From assembly GCA_039818205.1 (NCBI GenBank), contig JBCBUK010000001.1:416001-480000 (forward strand): a stretch of 64,000 nt of DNA, read 5' to 3'. The position numbers were made by a program, and so were the translations under genes. Each line of letters starts with the position of its first letter. Position 1 is the stretch's first letter. This document shows positions 54,436 to 63,858 of this stretch, piece after piece. The DNA is from Verrucomicrobiota bacterium. Lineage in GTDB: Bacteria > Verrucomicrobiota > Verrucomicrobiia > Opitutales > Cerasicoccaceae. Under the pieces are notes generated by a model. The model worked only from the letters and a program-made list of their open reading frames with translations, had not been told where the DNA came from and did no database searches.

Positions 54436-55857
54436 CTACTCGGCATCTTTGCTCGGACTCGATTCGGACTCACCAGCGACACCGTGGTCGGAGGAAAGAT
54501 CTAGGTTCAGATGCGGACTCGCCCGAACCAATAAATCCGCAGCATCGGGCGATACTTTCGTTTGCCACAGATACAGTTGCTTCAAATCAGGTAAGGTCGC
54601 AAGCAGGCCCACACTGGCATCGGAAATGTCCGGGTTCCCGTAGAGATTTAGATATTCAAGTGTCGGTAATCTGAGAGCCCACAAAACGACTTCATCGTTC
54701 GAACCCGTTCCGGAAAGGTTCAAACGACGAAGCCGGCTAAGCCGACTCAACGGCTCCAATGGTAAATCTGAAAGGTCCGTTCGACTAAGATCCAGGTCAA
54801 TGACATGATCACCCAATTCGCCAATGAGCTCGATATCTCTGGCATCGATTGTTGGGCGCGCTAAGCCGACTTCGATACGTACATCCATTGATTCCTGGGA
54901 GATGAATCGGGCGACGAATCCAGCGCTCTCTAATTCCCGCAAGAGACCGTCAATCACTTCGTGGCTTAACCCTGGCTCTGTCCCAAGTATCTCGATCGCC
55001 TCCGTCTCGGCAACCGCTTCTACGACGGCGACGGGCGACGATTCCATGGCGCTCGACGGCAAGTCAAACCGCGCCCCCAACGCCAGCCACTCCTCAATGG
55101 CGGCAACTTCCGCTGGCGACAACCGTTTCTTACCTTCGGGTGGCATCACGTCTTCGTCTGTCTCGTCCAACAAGATTCGCCCAAGCAATGGGCTTTCCAA
55201 TGGCAAATCGACCACTAACGCTGGCCCTTCGCTGCCTCCGGCCAACATAAACTCTGGCGTATCGAGGCGTAGTTTACCTTTCGATTTATCCGGACCGTGG
55301 CAAGTCACACAATGTTGCTCGAGAATCGGCACAATGTGGGCCTCAAACGCGTTCTCGGTGGGCTTTACCTCCACAATTTCGGGTTCCGGTTCCGTCGTCT
55401 CGAAGAGGTCGGTCCACCCTTCCGTCAAAAAGCCTTTACCATGGGTCATCGAACCTCCGTCGTGGCTGGCAACCGTCAAGAGAACCACAGTTATGATAAC
55501 CAAAGAATAATAGCCCAGCGTCAGCGATCGGCTTTCCCGCTTCGTTGAAAGCCACTTCAGGCTCCAGCAAACAACCGCGAGGCCAGCGACAATTGTCCCG
55601 AGCCACCGATGTCGCTCAAGGAGATCCCCCGAATATTCGCCGCCACTAGCCAGGAACCAACCAAATATCGCGGCGAATACGGCACTCAAAGCCGCAAGAA
55701 ACCAAATAATTGAAGTCGCTGGCTGCAGGGACTTTCCAAATCGAAATGGACGACAGAGCTCGAATAAGGCCGCCAGAAGGATCAAGGCGATTGGAAAGTG
55801 AAGAACGATGGGGTGGAAGCGTCCTAAAAGAGACATCCAGAGGGAGGGGTCATTCAT
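54436..55857 (-). CDS. DUF2231-like membrane domain + planctomycete cytochrome c + leucine-rich repeat protein
   Basis: GRFHPIVLHFPIA...SHDGGSMTHG; CVTCHGPDKSKGKLRLD...MPP; LRRs LDLSRT, LRRLNLSGT, LEYLNLYGN, LKQLYLWQT. Confidence 0.88.
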   Translation of the reverse strand: MNDPSLWMSLLGRFHPIVLHFPIALILLAALFELCRPFRFGKSLQPATSIIWFLAALSAVFAAIFGWFLASGGEYSGDLLERHRWLGTIVAGLAVVCWSLKWLSTKRESRSLTLGYYSLVIITVVLLTVASHDGGSMTHGKGFLTEGWTDLFETTEPEPEIVEVKPTENAFEAHIVPILEQHCVTCHGPDKSKGKLRLDTPEFMLAGGSEGPALVVDLPLESPLLGRILLDETDEDVMPPEGKKRLSPAEVAAIEEWLALGARFDLPSSAMESSPVAVVEAVAETEAIEILGTEPGLSHEVIDGLLRELESAGFVARFISQESMDVRIEVGLARPTIDARDIELIGELGDHVIDLDLSRTDLSDLPLEPLSRLSRLRRLNLSGTGSNDEVVLWALRLPTLEYLNLYGNPDISDASVGLLATLPDLKQLYLWQTKVSPDAADLLVRASPHLNLDLSSDHGVAGESESSPSKDAE

Positions 55858-55867
55858 TGCATCATAT

Positions 55868-55894
55868 ATAGCGCAAATCCGAAATTTTTAGACA
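55868..55894 (-). promoter_or_regulatory. Candidate ECF promoter for the cytochrome-LRR gene
   Basis: Minus strand TGTCT-aaaaatttcggatttg(16)-CGCTAT. Confidence 0.55.
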
Positions 55895-55900
55895 AATTAA

Positions 55901-55927
55901 TGTCCAAAAAAGTCCGGCTAACGCTAT
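55901..55927 (+). promoter_or_regulatory. Candidate ECF promoter for the sigma copy 2 operon
   Basis: TGTCC-aaaaaagtccggctaa(16)-CGCTAT. Confidence 0.55.
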
Positions 55928-55978
55928 AATAGCTATAACACGCCGTAATCCCAACCCCAAGAAAGCCTAATTCACCGC

Positions 55979-56536
55979 ATGCGGACTCCCGATCAATCGG
56001 CAAGAGAGCCATCCAGCAACAAGGAATTGCTGCGTCTACTGTTGAAACATCAACGGGCAATCTACTCCTATATCTACACTCTGGTTCCAAATGCGAGCAA
56101 TGCGGATGATCTCCTTCAGGAGACCTGCTTGACGATTTACGAGAAATTTGACGACTTCGAACCGGGCACTGATTTCCTCTTGTGGGCAAATCGCATCGCC
56201 TATTGGAAGATCCGCCAGGCACGGCAAAAGTTTTCACGCTCCAAGGTCGTTTTCGATGAAACCTTGATGGAAGCGGTATCCAATACCGCTATCGAGATGC
56301 AACGGGAGACCGGCGATCGCCATGAGATGCTTTCTCGGTGCCTCTCTAAGCTGAATGACCGGGACCGACGCATGGTACTGACCCGCTACGAACCCGAGGG
56401 CACCATAGAGGAAGCTGCTCAGGTCTCCGGGCGAAGCGTGACGGCGACCTACAAAGCGCTGAGCCGCATCCGCCAGCTTTTGTATGACTGCATTACCTAT
56501 AATCTGGAAAACAACGCAACCAAGGCCATCTCATGA
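55979..56536 (+). CDS. ECF sigma-70 factor, Rhodopirellula/Verrucomicrobium family (copy 2)
   Basis: HQRAIYSYIYTLVPNASNADDLLQET...KFDDFEPGTDFLLWA; TYKALSRIRQLLYDCI. Confidence 0.92.
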   Translation: MRTPDQSAREPSSNKELLRLLLKHQRAIYSYIYTLVPNASNADDLLQETCLTIYEKFDDFEPGTDFLLWANRIAYWKIRQARQKFSRSKVVFDETLMEAVSNTAIEMQRETGDRHEMLSRCLSKLNDRDRRMVLTRYEPEGTIEEAAQVSGRSVTATYKALSRIRQLLYDCITYNLENNATKAIS

Positions 56537-58200
56537 GCCCATCGGAAGAGCTTGAAGTCAGTCAACTGTGCGAGGCACTGCTCGATGATTCGATATCGGC
56601 CGGCGATCGCTCACGGCTCGAATCCATACTTCAGCGGGACAAAGAAGCCCGCAAAGTTTACGTTCGCTATAGCTCCCTCCGCTCCAGCCTGCGGCACTAC
56701 GCCTCCGAGACACTTTCGGCCACCGACGAGCCAGAAGCCAACCACTCGCAAAAGCTTATTCGGGTCACAACAACACAACTCAAATGGGCCGCTTCAATAG
56801 CAATAGCTTTCTTGCTCGGCTTTATCGCTCACCACCAGTTTTCGCGACCACCCGAACCAGCCATCGTCGCGGAATCGACGGAGGAGTCCACCTACGAGGG
56901 CATGGCGGTACTAATCAATAAGCACGATGTCGTGTGGTCAGACGGCCAGCCAAACTATAAGAGTGGTGACCCGATTCCAGCCGGGCATTTCAAAATTGAT
57001 TCGGGAGTTGCGCAACTCGAGTTTTATAGCGGAGCGACGGTCGTTCTCGAAGGAGATGCTGATCTGGAGATCATTGCGGACGACAAAGCGTATTGTCACG
57101 TCGGCCGTGCCTCGGTTTCGGTTTCGCCCAACGCAAAAGGGTTCTCCATCGAGACCAAAGACGCCGTATTTATCGATCGAGGCGCCGAATTTGGCATTGC
57201 GGCGATTCCTGGAAAACCATCAGAGATCCACGTATTCGCGGGCGAGATCGAAGTGCTCAATACAGAGCAGTCCTCAGGAGATGTTCCGCTTTACACCCTT
57301 GTCGAAGGCGATGCTGCTCAGTTCGAATCGTTCGCCATGATCGGCGAGACAATGCTGGCCCCAAATCAATTTTGGACTGTTCAGATGCTCGTTAACCAAA
57401 GTATGCGAAACGACACGGATCGCTTCATCGATTGGTTCCGGATGAGCGATCAAATCGCGCAAAGCGACGATGTCGTCAGCTATTTTCCGTTTTACCAAAC
57501 CACGCCATGGATGCGCCAACTCGAGAACTTTGCTTTGCTTAATCCTGAGGTAGACAATGGTGGAATCGTCGGTGGGCAGTGGGTAAAGGGACGGTGGCCC
57601 GAAAAGGCAGCGCTTGAATTCCGGAACGCAAGCGACCGGGTTCGCGTTTCGATTCCCGGTGAGTTCGATGAGATCACCTTTGCTGCCTGGATCAAAGTCA
57701 AGAGCCTGAAGAATCAATTTAACGGACTATTGATGACTGATAGTTTCAAGACTGGCAACCCGCACTGGCAACTCAATCAAGAGGGCCAGTTGATCCTGGG
57801 ACTTCGCTCCGCCGACACCAAAGAAGAGTTTTTCCAAGCCCTACTCTTTTCCGATCCCATTTTTACGCCGGACCTCTATGGCGAGTGGCTACACGTGGTT
57901 TCCTCGTTCGATACGGAGACTTCACGAATTAAACATTATCTCAATGGTCAGCTGATTAAAGACTCCGGACCATCCAAACCATTCGACACTAAAATAGTTT
58001 TCGGGTCAGGCGAGATTGGGAACTGGGGCCTGCCCTACGGCCAGTCCATTCACCAGGTTCGCAATTTCGATGGCGCCATTGATGAGATGCTAGTGGTTTC
58101 ACGCGTAATGTCAGATGGTGAGATCTCGGAGCTCTACGAACGCGGACGCCCCAATCCCAACTCAACCTCCTATCGTGTGGTTGCGAACAAAGACCAATAA
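56533..58200 (+). CDS. FecR-type anti-sigma factor with C-terminal LamG/ConA-like domain (copy 2)
   Basis: Colinear with 43163-44857: GVAQLEFYSGA, HVFAGEIE, GRWPEK, GNPHWQ, RNFDGAIDEM. Confidence 0.85.
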   Translation: MSPSEELEVSQLCEALLDDSISAGDRSRLESILQRDKEARKVYVRYSSLRSSLRHYASETLSATDEPEANHSQKLIRVTTTQLKWAASIAIAFLLGFIAHHQFSRPPEPAIVAESTEESTYEGMAVLINKHDVVWSDGQPNYKSGDPIPAGHFKIDSGVAQLEFYSGATVVLEGDADLEIIADDKAYCHVGRASVSVSPNAKGFSIETKDAVFIDRGAEFGIAAIPGKPSEIHVFAGEIEVLNTEQSSGDVPLYTLVEGDAAQFESFAMIGETMLAPNQFWTVQMLVNQSMRNDTDRFIDWFRMSDQIAQSDDVVSYFPFYQTTPWMRQLENFALLNPEVDNGGIVGGQWVKGRWPEKAALEFRNASDRVRVSIPGEFDEITFAAWIKVKSLKNQFNGLLMTDSFKTGNPHWQLNQEGQLILGLRSADTKEEFFQALLFSDPIFTPDLYGEWLHVVSSFDTETSRIKHYLNGQLIKDSGPSKPFDTKIVFGSGEIGNWGLPYGQSIHQVRNFDGAIDEMLVVSRVMSDGEISELYERGRPNPNSTSYRVVANKDQ

Positions 58201-58203
58201 TCC

Positions 58204-61200
58204 GTGAAGACCTTGCTTCTATCTTGGTTCATTGGCGCTTCCGCCGTTGCAGCCTCTGAGATCAAATTCAATCGGGACATCCTGCCGGTTCTTTCGGAGA
58301 ATTGTTTCTTCTGTCACGGCCCCGACAAAGCGAATCAAGCCGCCGACCTCCGACTCGACCTACGGGACGCTGCAATTGAATCAAGAGCGATAGTTCCAGG
58401 AAATTCAGCCGATAGCCTGGCGATTCAGCGCATACTATCGACGGATCCTGATGACATCATGCCCCCCGCAGACAGCCACCGTACGCTGTCCGAACGTGAA
58501 AAGGAGTTATTGGTTCAATGGATCGACGAAGGTGCACCCTATCAGAAGCACTGGTCGTTCATTCCCGTTGACCACGAAGCAGAAGTCCCAACTGCCGAAT
58601 CGTCTGCGATCGACAACCCGATTGACCGAATCGTCTTTACCGGACTGGAAAGCCTTGATCTCAAGCCGCAACCAGAAGCCCAAAAGACCTTTCTTCTACG
58701 ACGAGTGTATTTCGACTTGATCGGCCTTCCGCCAACTCCAGCGGAAGTTACGGCGTTTCTCAATGATGACTCGGAGAACGCCTATGAACGCGTGGTCGAC
58801 GAGTTGCTCTCTCGACGCGAGTACGGTGAGCGCATGGCGGTCCATTGGTTGGACCTTGCCCGCTACGCAGACAGCTATGGCTACCAGGTGGACCGCGACC
58901 GTCCGGTTTGGGCTTGGCGCGATTGGGTCATTGAATCGTTCAATAACAATCTACCCTATGATGACTTTGTAACCTACCAACTCGCAGGAGATCTGCTCCC
59001 AAATCCGACGCAGGAACAACGCCTTGCCACGGCGTTCAATCGCCTCCACCAACAGAAGGCCGAGGGTGGTTCCGTCGAAGAGGAGTTTCGGGTCGAGTAC
59101 ATCTGCGACCGAGTAAACACATTTGGAACCGCATTCCTCGGACTAACCCTTGAGTGCTCTCGCTGCCACGACCACAAATACGACCCAATTAGTCAGAAAG
59201 AGTATTTTCAGCTGTTTGCGTTCTTTGACGATATCGACGAATCTGGCCTCTATCCATATTTTGGTAAATCGGTTCCGACGCCCGCGCTCAAGCTATCGTC
59301 GCCCGACCAAAAAGCAAAGATTCAGGCACTCGAAGATCAGACTGACCAGCTGATCCGCCAACTCATCGTTGAACGAAAGAGTTCGAGCGAAGATGAACTC
59401 CAAACTTGGTTCGAATCAAATCCAGATCTAGCAGTTCGCCTGGCAAAAGCCGAGGCCATGGACCTAAAACCGGAGACAGAGGAACGCGGGCGGCTATTCG
59501 ATGGCGATGCAGAAACAGCTACGGCGATCGGCGCTGTCAGCCGGCATGATCCATTCTCAGTATCGTTTTCAGCTTGGACGCCCAAACACCATGAACGCGC
59601 AGTCATCTGTCACTATTCGGGAGCCTGGACCGATGGCGGGAGCCGGGGCTGGGAATTACTATCGCTAAATGGTCAGCTTCGCTTTTCGCTCATACACTTC
59701 TGGCCGGGAAATGCTATCAGCATCGAAACCAATAAGCCATTTCCGTTGGATCAGTGGACTCAGATTTCCCTCACCTATGATGGTAGCAGTCAGGCAAAAG
59801 GACTGAAGATCTATGTGGATGGAAAACTGGCTGAGTCGACAATAGTCCGAGACAAGCTAGACCGTTTCATACAGTTTCCCGACTTCCCGGAGAATAAACG
59901 CCCGGCGGGGATTCGATGGGGTGCACGAGAGCGGGACCGTGGGTTCAAAGGTGGCCGTGTTGATCAGGCAGTCTATTACCCGCAAGAGCTTCACTCAATC
60001 GAAGTCACCGCAATTAACGATGACTCATTCCTTGCGCGGTTACAGGACAAAGCCTTCGGCAGTCTAGACTCCCATGAGCGAGCGTTCATCCGCGAAGCTC
60101 ATTTGGCGCAGCAACACTCTGCGGATCAGTCGACAATGGAGACCCTCACCGCGGCCCGCCAAGCCCACGCTAAGGCCATAGAATCCATTCCTGAGATCAT
60201 GACCATGGTCGAGTTGCCCGAGCCCAAGCAGGCATACCTGCTAGAGCGCGGAGCCTACGATGCCCGAGGAGAGGCGGTAATTCCGCAAACCCCCAAGGCA
60301 CTTTCACTGCTACCCGATGACTTCCCAACAAATCGCCTCGGCCTGGCAATGTGGCTCACGGATCCGGACCACCCGTTGTTTGCGCGAGTCGCAGTAAATC
60401 GCTTTTGGATGCTGTGCTTTGGACGCGGGTTGGTCGGCACAGCGGAAGACTTTGGCCTTCAAGGCGAGCAACCGCAATACCAGGAGCTCCTCGATCACCT
60501 TGCGAGCGATTTCATCGCTAACGAATGGGACGTGAAAGCACTGATGCGGAAGATAGTCACTTCACAAACTTATCGCCAACAAAGTATTGCCGACCAAAGC
60601 ATCATGCGCGACGACCCATCCAATCGCTTGCTCGCGCGCGGCCCCAGCCACAGACTACCAGCTGAGATGATCCGCGATGGTATTCTCGCGGCTAGCGGGT
60701 TGCTTGTCGAGAAAAACGGTGGCTCATCCGTAAGGCCTTACGACCTGTCAGAAGCATTTATCAATATTAATGTTCCAAAGAACAATGGTGTCTACCAGCG
60801 TAGTTTATACACCTATTGGAAGCTACGCGCTCCATCGCCAGTCATGATGGCTTTTGACGCCGTAAAGCGGGATGTTTGCAGCGCCAAACGGCAAACATCA
60901 AACACACCGTTACAGTCCCTTGTTTTATTAAACGGACCCCAGTTTGTTGAGGCAGCCCGAGTCGCTGGATCCAATGCCTGGCAGGAAGAGAATGGGAAAC
61001 TCGCCGACATCATCCGCAACCTCAGCTTACGGTTCATCGGACGGGAGCCTGATTCGGTTGAAATCGAAATCTTGTCCGAACTGTTTCAAGAGCAAAAAGA
61101 GCTCTTCGAAGCAAATCCCGAGTCGGCAGATGCGCTATTGGCGGTCGGCCATCAGGCGAAACAAGATAACATAGAACCGGCTGATCACGCAGCTGTGACT

Positions 61201-61251
61201 GTGCTCGCCCAAACCCTCATCAATTTTGACGAATACGTCATGAAACGTTGA
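58204..61251 (+). CDS. Planctomycete cytochrome c + DUF1549 + LamG insert + DUF1553 (PSD1) protein
   Basis: FNRDILPVLSENCFFCHGPD; LLRRVYFDLIGLPPT, YGERMAVHWLDLARYADS, CSRCHDHKYDPI; ARVAVNRFW, RLPAEMIRD, NTPLQSLVLLN. Confidence 0.93.
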   Translation: MKTLLLSWFIGASAVAASEIKFNRDILPVLSENCFFCHGPDKANQAADLRLDLRDAAIESRAIVPGNSADSLAIQRILSTDPDDIMPPADSHRTLSEREKELLVQWIDEGAPYQKHWSFIPVDHEAEVPTAESSAIDNPIDRIVFTGLESLDLKPQPEAQKTFLLRRVYFDLIGLPPTPAEVTAFLNDDSENAYERVVDELLSRREYGERMAVHWLDLARYADSYGYQVDRDRPVWAWRDWVIESFNNNLPYDDFVTYQLAGDLLPNPTQEQRLATAFNRLHQQKAEGGSVEEEFRVEYICDRVNTFGTAFLGLTLECSRCHDHKYDPISQKEYFQLFAFFDDIDESGLYPYFGKSVPTPALKLSSPDQKAKIQALEDQTDQLIRQLIVERKSSSEDELQTWFESNPDLAVRLAKAEAMDLKPETEERGRLFDGDAETATAIGAVSRHDPFSVSFSAWTPKHHERAVICHYSGAWTDGGSRGWELLSLNGQLRFSLIHFWPGNAISIETNKPFPLDQWTQISLTYDGSSQAKGLKIYVDGKLAESTIVRDKLDRFIQFPDFPENKRPAGIRWGARERDRGFKGGRVDQAVYYPQELHSIEVTAINDDSFLARLQDKAFGSLDSHERAFIREAHLAQQHSADQSTMETLTAARQAHAKAIESIPEIMTMVELPEPKQAYLLERGAYDARGEAVIPQTPKALSLLPDDFPTNRLGLAMWLTDPDHPLFARVAVNRFWMLCFGRGLVGTAEDFGLQGEQPQYQELLDHLASDFIANEWDVKALMRKIVTSQTYRQQSIADQSIMRDDPSNRLLARGPSHRLPAEMIRDGILAASGLLVEKNGGSSVRPYDLSEAFININVPKNNGVYQRSLYTYWKLRAPSPVMMAFDAVKRDVCSAKRQTSNTPLQSLVLLNGPQFVEAARVAGSNAWQEENGKLADIIRNLSLRFIGREPDSVEIEILSELFQEQKELFEANPESADALLAVGHQAKQDNIEPADHAAVTVLAQTLINFDEYVMKR

Positions 61252-61266
61252 ACCCCTTTTTGGACA

Positions 61267-62727
61267 ATGAACAACGAATACTCCAAGTTATGCACGGGTC
61301 ACGCGAACCCTTTCCAGGTCAGCCGCCGACAGTTCCTCAACAACTTTGGCCTCGGGCTCGGCGGAATCGCCCTTTCACAGCTTCTATCCGCAAGTCCCCT
61401 CTCGGCGGCCCGCACTCCGGCATTTCTGTCATCACCTCACTATGCGCCCAAAGCAAAGCGCATCATCTTTCTGTTTCAAGCAGGAGGGCCATCGCAACTC
61501 GACCTATTTGATCACAAGCCACTACTTAACGAGCAACACGGCGAGCAACTACCCGACAGCGTGCGTCAGGGGCAGCGTCTAACGGGAATGTCCGGCAATC
61601 AGTCTTCTATCCCACTGGCAGGTAGCCCATACGAATTCAAGAAATCTGGTGAATCGGGCCAGGAAATCAGCGAACTCCTCCCCTACACTGCCCGAATTGC
61701 CGATGAACTTTGTATTGTAAAGTCTCTCTATACCGATGCCATCAATCACGGCCCAGCAACGGTGTTCATGCAAACTGGCAGCCAACTCGATGGCCGTCCC
61801 AGCATTGGCTCCTGGATCGACTATGGCCTAGGACGAGACAATGAAAACCTTCCCTCTTTCGTCGTCCTCACAACCAAAAACAAAGGCGGACAACCGTTGA
61901 AAACTGGGTTGTGGGGCAGCGGATTTTTGCCGAGCAAGCACCAAGGTATTCGATTTCGCTCTGGAAAGGACCCTGTGCTGTATTTGAATAACCCGAACGG
62001 CGTCTCCAATAAGTCACGCCGGATGATGTTGGATCGATTGAAAGAGCTCCACGAACATCAATTTGTTGGCACACCAGATGAGGAGATCCAAAGCCGCATT
62101 AGCCAATACGAAATGGCCTTCCGCATGCAGGCATCGGTTCCCGACGCAACCAATATTTCTGACGAACCCGACTTCATATTTGACGAGTATGGTCCGGACT
62201 CCCGTGAACCGGGAACCTATGCAGCCAACTGTATTCTCGCTCGCCGCCTAGCCGAGCGCGGGGTGAAGTTCATCCAGCTCTACCATAAGGGCTGGGACCA
62301 ACATAGCGGCCTACCTGGAGCGCTGCCGGTTCAATGCCGCGAAACCGACCAAGCATCAGCCGCGCTTGTCGTCGACCTGAAACGTCGCGGCCTTCTGGAC
62401 GATACTTTAGTTGTCTGGGGCGGCGAGTTTGGCCGCACGAACTATTGCCAAGGGAAACTAACGCCAAAGAGCTTTGGCCGGGACCACCACCCTCGCTGCT
62501 TCAGCTTCTGGATGGCCGGCGGGGGAGTTAAACCGGGAACCTCCTACGGAGAAACCTGCCCATTCGGCTACAATATCGTCAAAGACCCGATGCACATTCA
62601 CGACCTCCACGCGACCATGCTACATCTCATGGGGATCGACCATGAACAACTCACCTACCGTTTCCAGGGCCGCCGTTTCCGCTTAACCGACGTTCACGGC
62701 CACATTTTCAAGGACCTACTCGCTTAA
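61267..62727 (+). CDS. DUF1501 family Tat-exported protein (sulfatase-like)
   Basis: SRRQFL; AKRIIFLFQAGGPSQLDLFDHKP, ARRLAERGVKFIQL, GWDQH, WGGEFGRT, GRDHHP, HDLHATMLH. Confidence 0.94.
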   Translation: MNNEYSKLCTGHANPFQVSRRQFLNNFGLGLGGIALSQLLSASPLSAARTPAFLSSPHYAPKAKRIIFLFQAGGPSQLDLFDHKPLLNEQHGEQLPDSVRQGQRLTGMSGNQSSIPLAGSPYEFKKSGESGQEISELLPYTARIADELCIVKSLYTDAINHGPATVFMQTGSQLDGRPSIGSWIDYGLGRDNENLPSFVVLTTKNKGGQPLKTGLWGSGFLPSKHQGIRFRSGKDPVLYLNNPNGVSNKSRRMMLDRLKELHEHQFVGTPDEEIQSRISQYEMAFRMQASVPDATNISDEPDFIFDEYGPDSREPGTYAANCILARRLAERGVKFIQLYHKGWDQHSGLPGALPVQCRETDQASAALVVDLKRRGLLDDTLVVWGGEFGRTNYCQGKLTPKSFGRDHHPRCFSFWMAGGGVKPGTSYGETCPFGYNIVKDPMHIHDLHATMLHLMGIDHEQLTYRFQGRRFRLTDVHGHIFKDLLA

Positions 62728-62742
62728 CCAAAAACGCCTTCT

Positions 62743-63858
62743 ATGTTAACCAATCGCAGAAACTTCCTTAAAACGTCATCCGGCGCTATCGCGACAACCG
62801 CACTCCTCAGCATGGGATCCAGCCGACTCCTCGGTCACAATGGTGACCACCCGAGTGGGTCGATTATCGGACACGGCGATCGCAAGTACCGCGTCAATAA
62901 TGCATGGGGAAACCTGAACCCGAATCAGTTCCCAATCATCAACTGTCATGCAATGGTCGAGAGTGAATCCGGGCGCCTCTATACGCTTACGGACGTTAAA
63001 GCCAACAACATCATCGTTTACGAGCCCGATGGCACGTTCGTCGAATCCATGGACCTGGAGTATTCCGGCGGCCATGGAATCGATATCGCCAAAGAGGGCG
63101 ACGAAGAGTTCCTCTACATCGCCGACGGCGGATGGGCGAATCGCTATGGTCGCAAGGTTAGCAACGAAACCGGCCGGATCGCAAAGACTGATCTTAAAGG
63201 GCGACTCGTATTCACCATCGGCCACCCGCAAACAATCGGCGTCTACAAGCCCGGGCAATCGTTCAAGCCATGCGATATCGCCGTGGCCCCGAATGGCGAT
63301 ATCTACGTGGCCGACGGCTATGGCTCACAATGCGTCCTGCACTACGATAAACACGGCCAATACATCAACCACTGGGGTGGAAAAGATGATCCAGTTGAAG
63401 CGCGTCGACTGAATGGCTCGCACGGTGTGTCGGTCGACCTCCGCAAGCCCGATTCACCGATTCTATTGGTTGCATCGCGCGAGGCCAATCGTATCAAGCG
63501 ATTTACGATGGACGGTGATTACATCGATGAATTTTATCTGCCGGGTGCCTTTGCTGGTCAGCTTCTAGTCCAAGGCGATCACGCCTACACCGGTGTCTGT
63601 TGGTCAAAGAAAGACAACGAAGGTGGCCGATTACCGAAATCCGGATTTGTCATCGTCCTCGACAAAGACAATCAAGTCGTTTCCTGCCCGGGTGGTGAAG
63701 CTCCAGTTTACAAAGACGGTGTTCTTCAACCGCTCAATCAAGCGCCGAATGCACCATTCAAACACGTCCATGATCTTTGCGTCGACCGAGAGGAGAACAT
63801 CTACGTGTGCCAGTGGAACGCAGGTGGTGCGTATCCCATCAAGCTGGAGCTTGTATAG
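62743..63858 (+). CDS. Tat-exported NHL-repeat beta-propeller (peptidylglycine amidating lyase-like)
   Basis: NRRNFLK; PCDIAVAPNGDIYVADGYG, HGVSVD, HVHDLCVD, YVCQWN. Confidence 0.85.
   Translation: MLTNRRNFLKTSSGAIATTALLSMGSSRLLGHNGDHPSGSIIGHGDRKYRVNNAWGNLNPNQFPIINCHAMVESESGRLYTLTDVKANNIIVYEPDGTFVESMDLEYSGGHGIDIAKEGDEEFLYIADGGWANRYGRKVSNETGRIAKTDLKGRLVFTIGHPQTIGVYKPGQSFKPCDIAVAPNGDIYVADGYGSQCVLHYDKHGQYINHWGGKDDPVEARRLNGSHGVSVDLRKPDSPILLVASREANRIKRFTMDGDYIDEFYLPGAFAGQLLVQGDHAYTGVCWSKKDNEGGRLPKSGFVIVLDKDNQVVSCPGGEAPVYKDGVLQPLNQAPNAPFKHVHDLCVDREENIYVCQWNAGGAYPIKLELV

Noticed and set aside
54824..55510. 228-aa plus-strand ORF
   Set aside because: Ser-rich antisense shadow of the cytochrome-LRR gene
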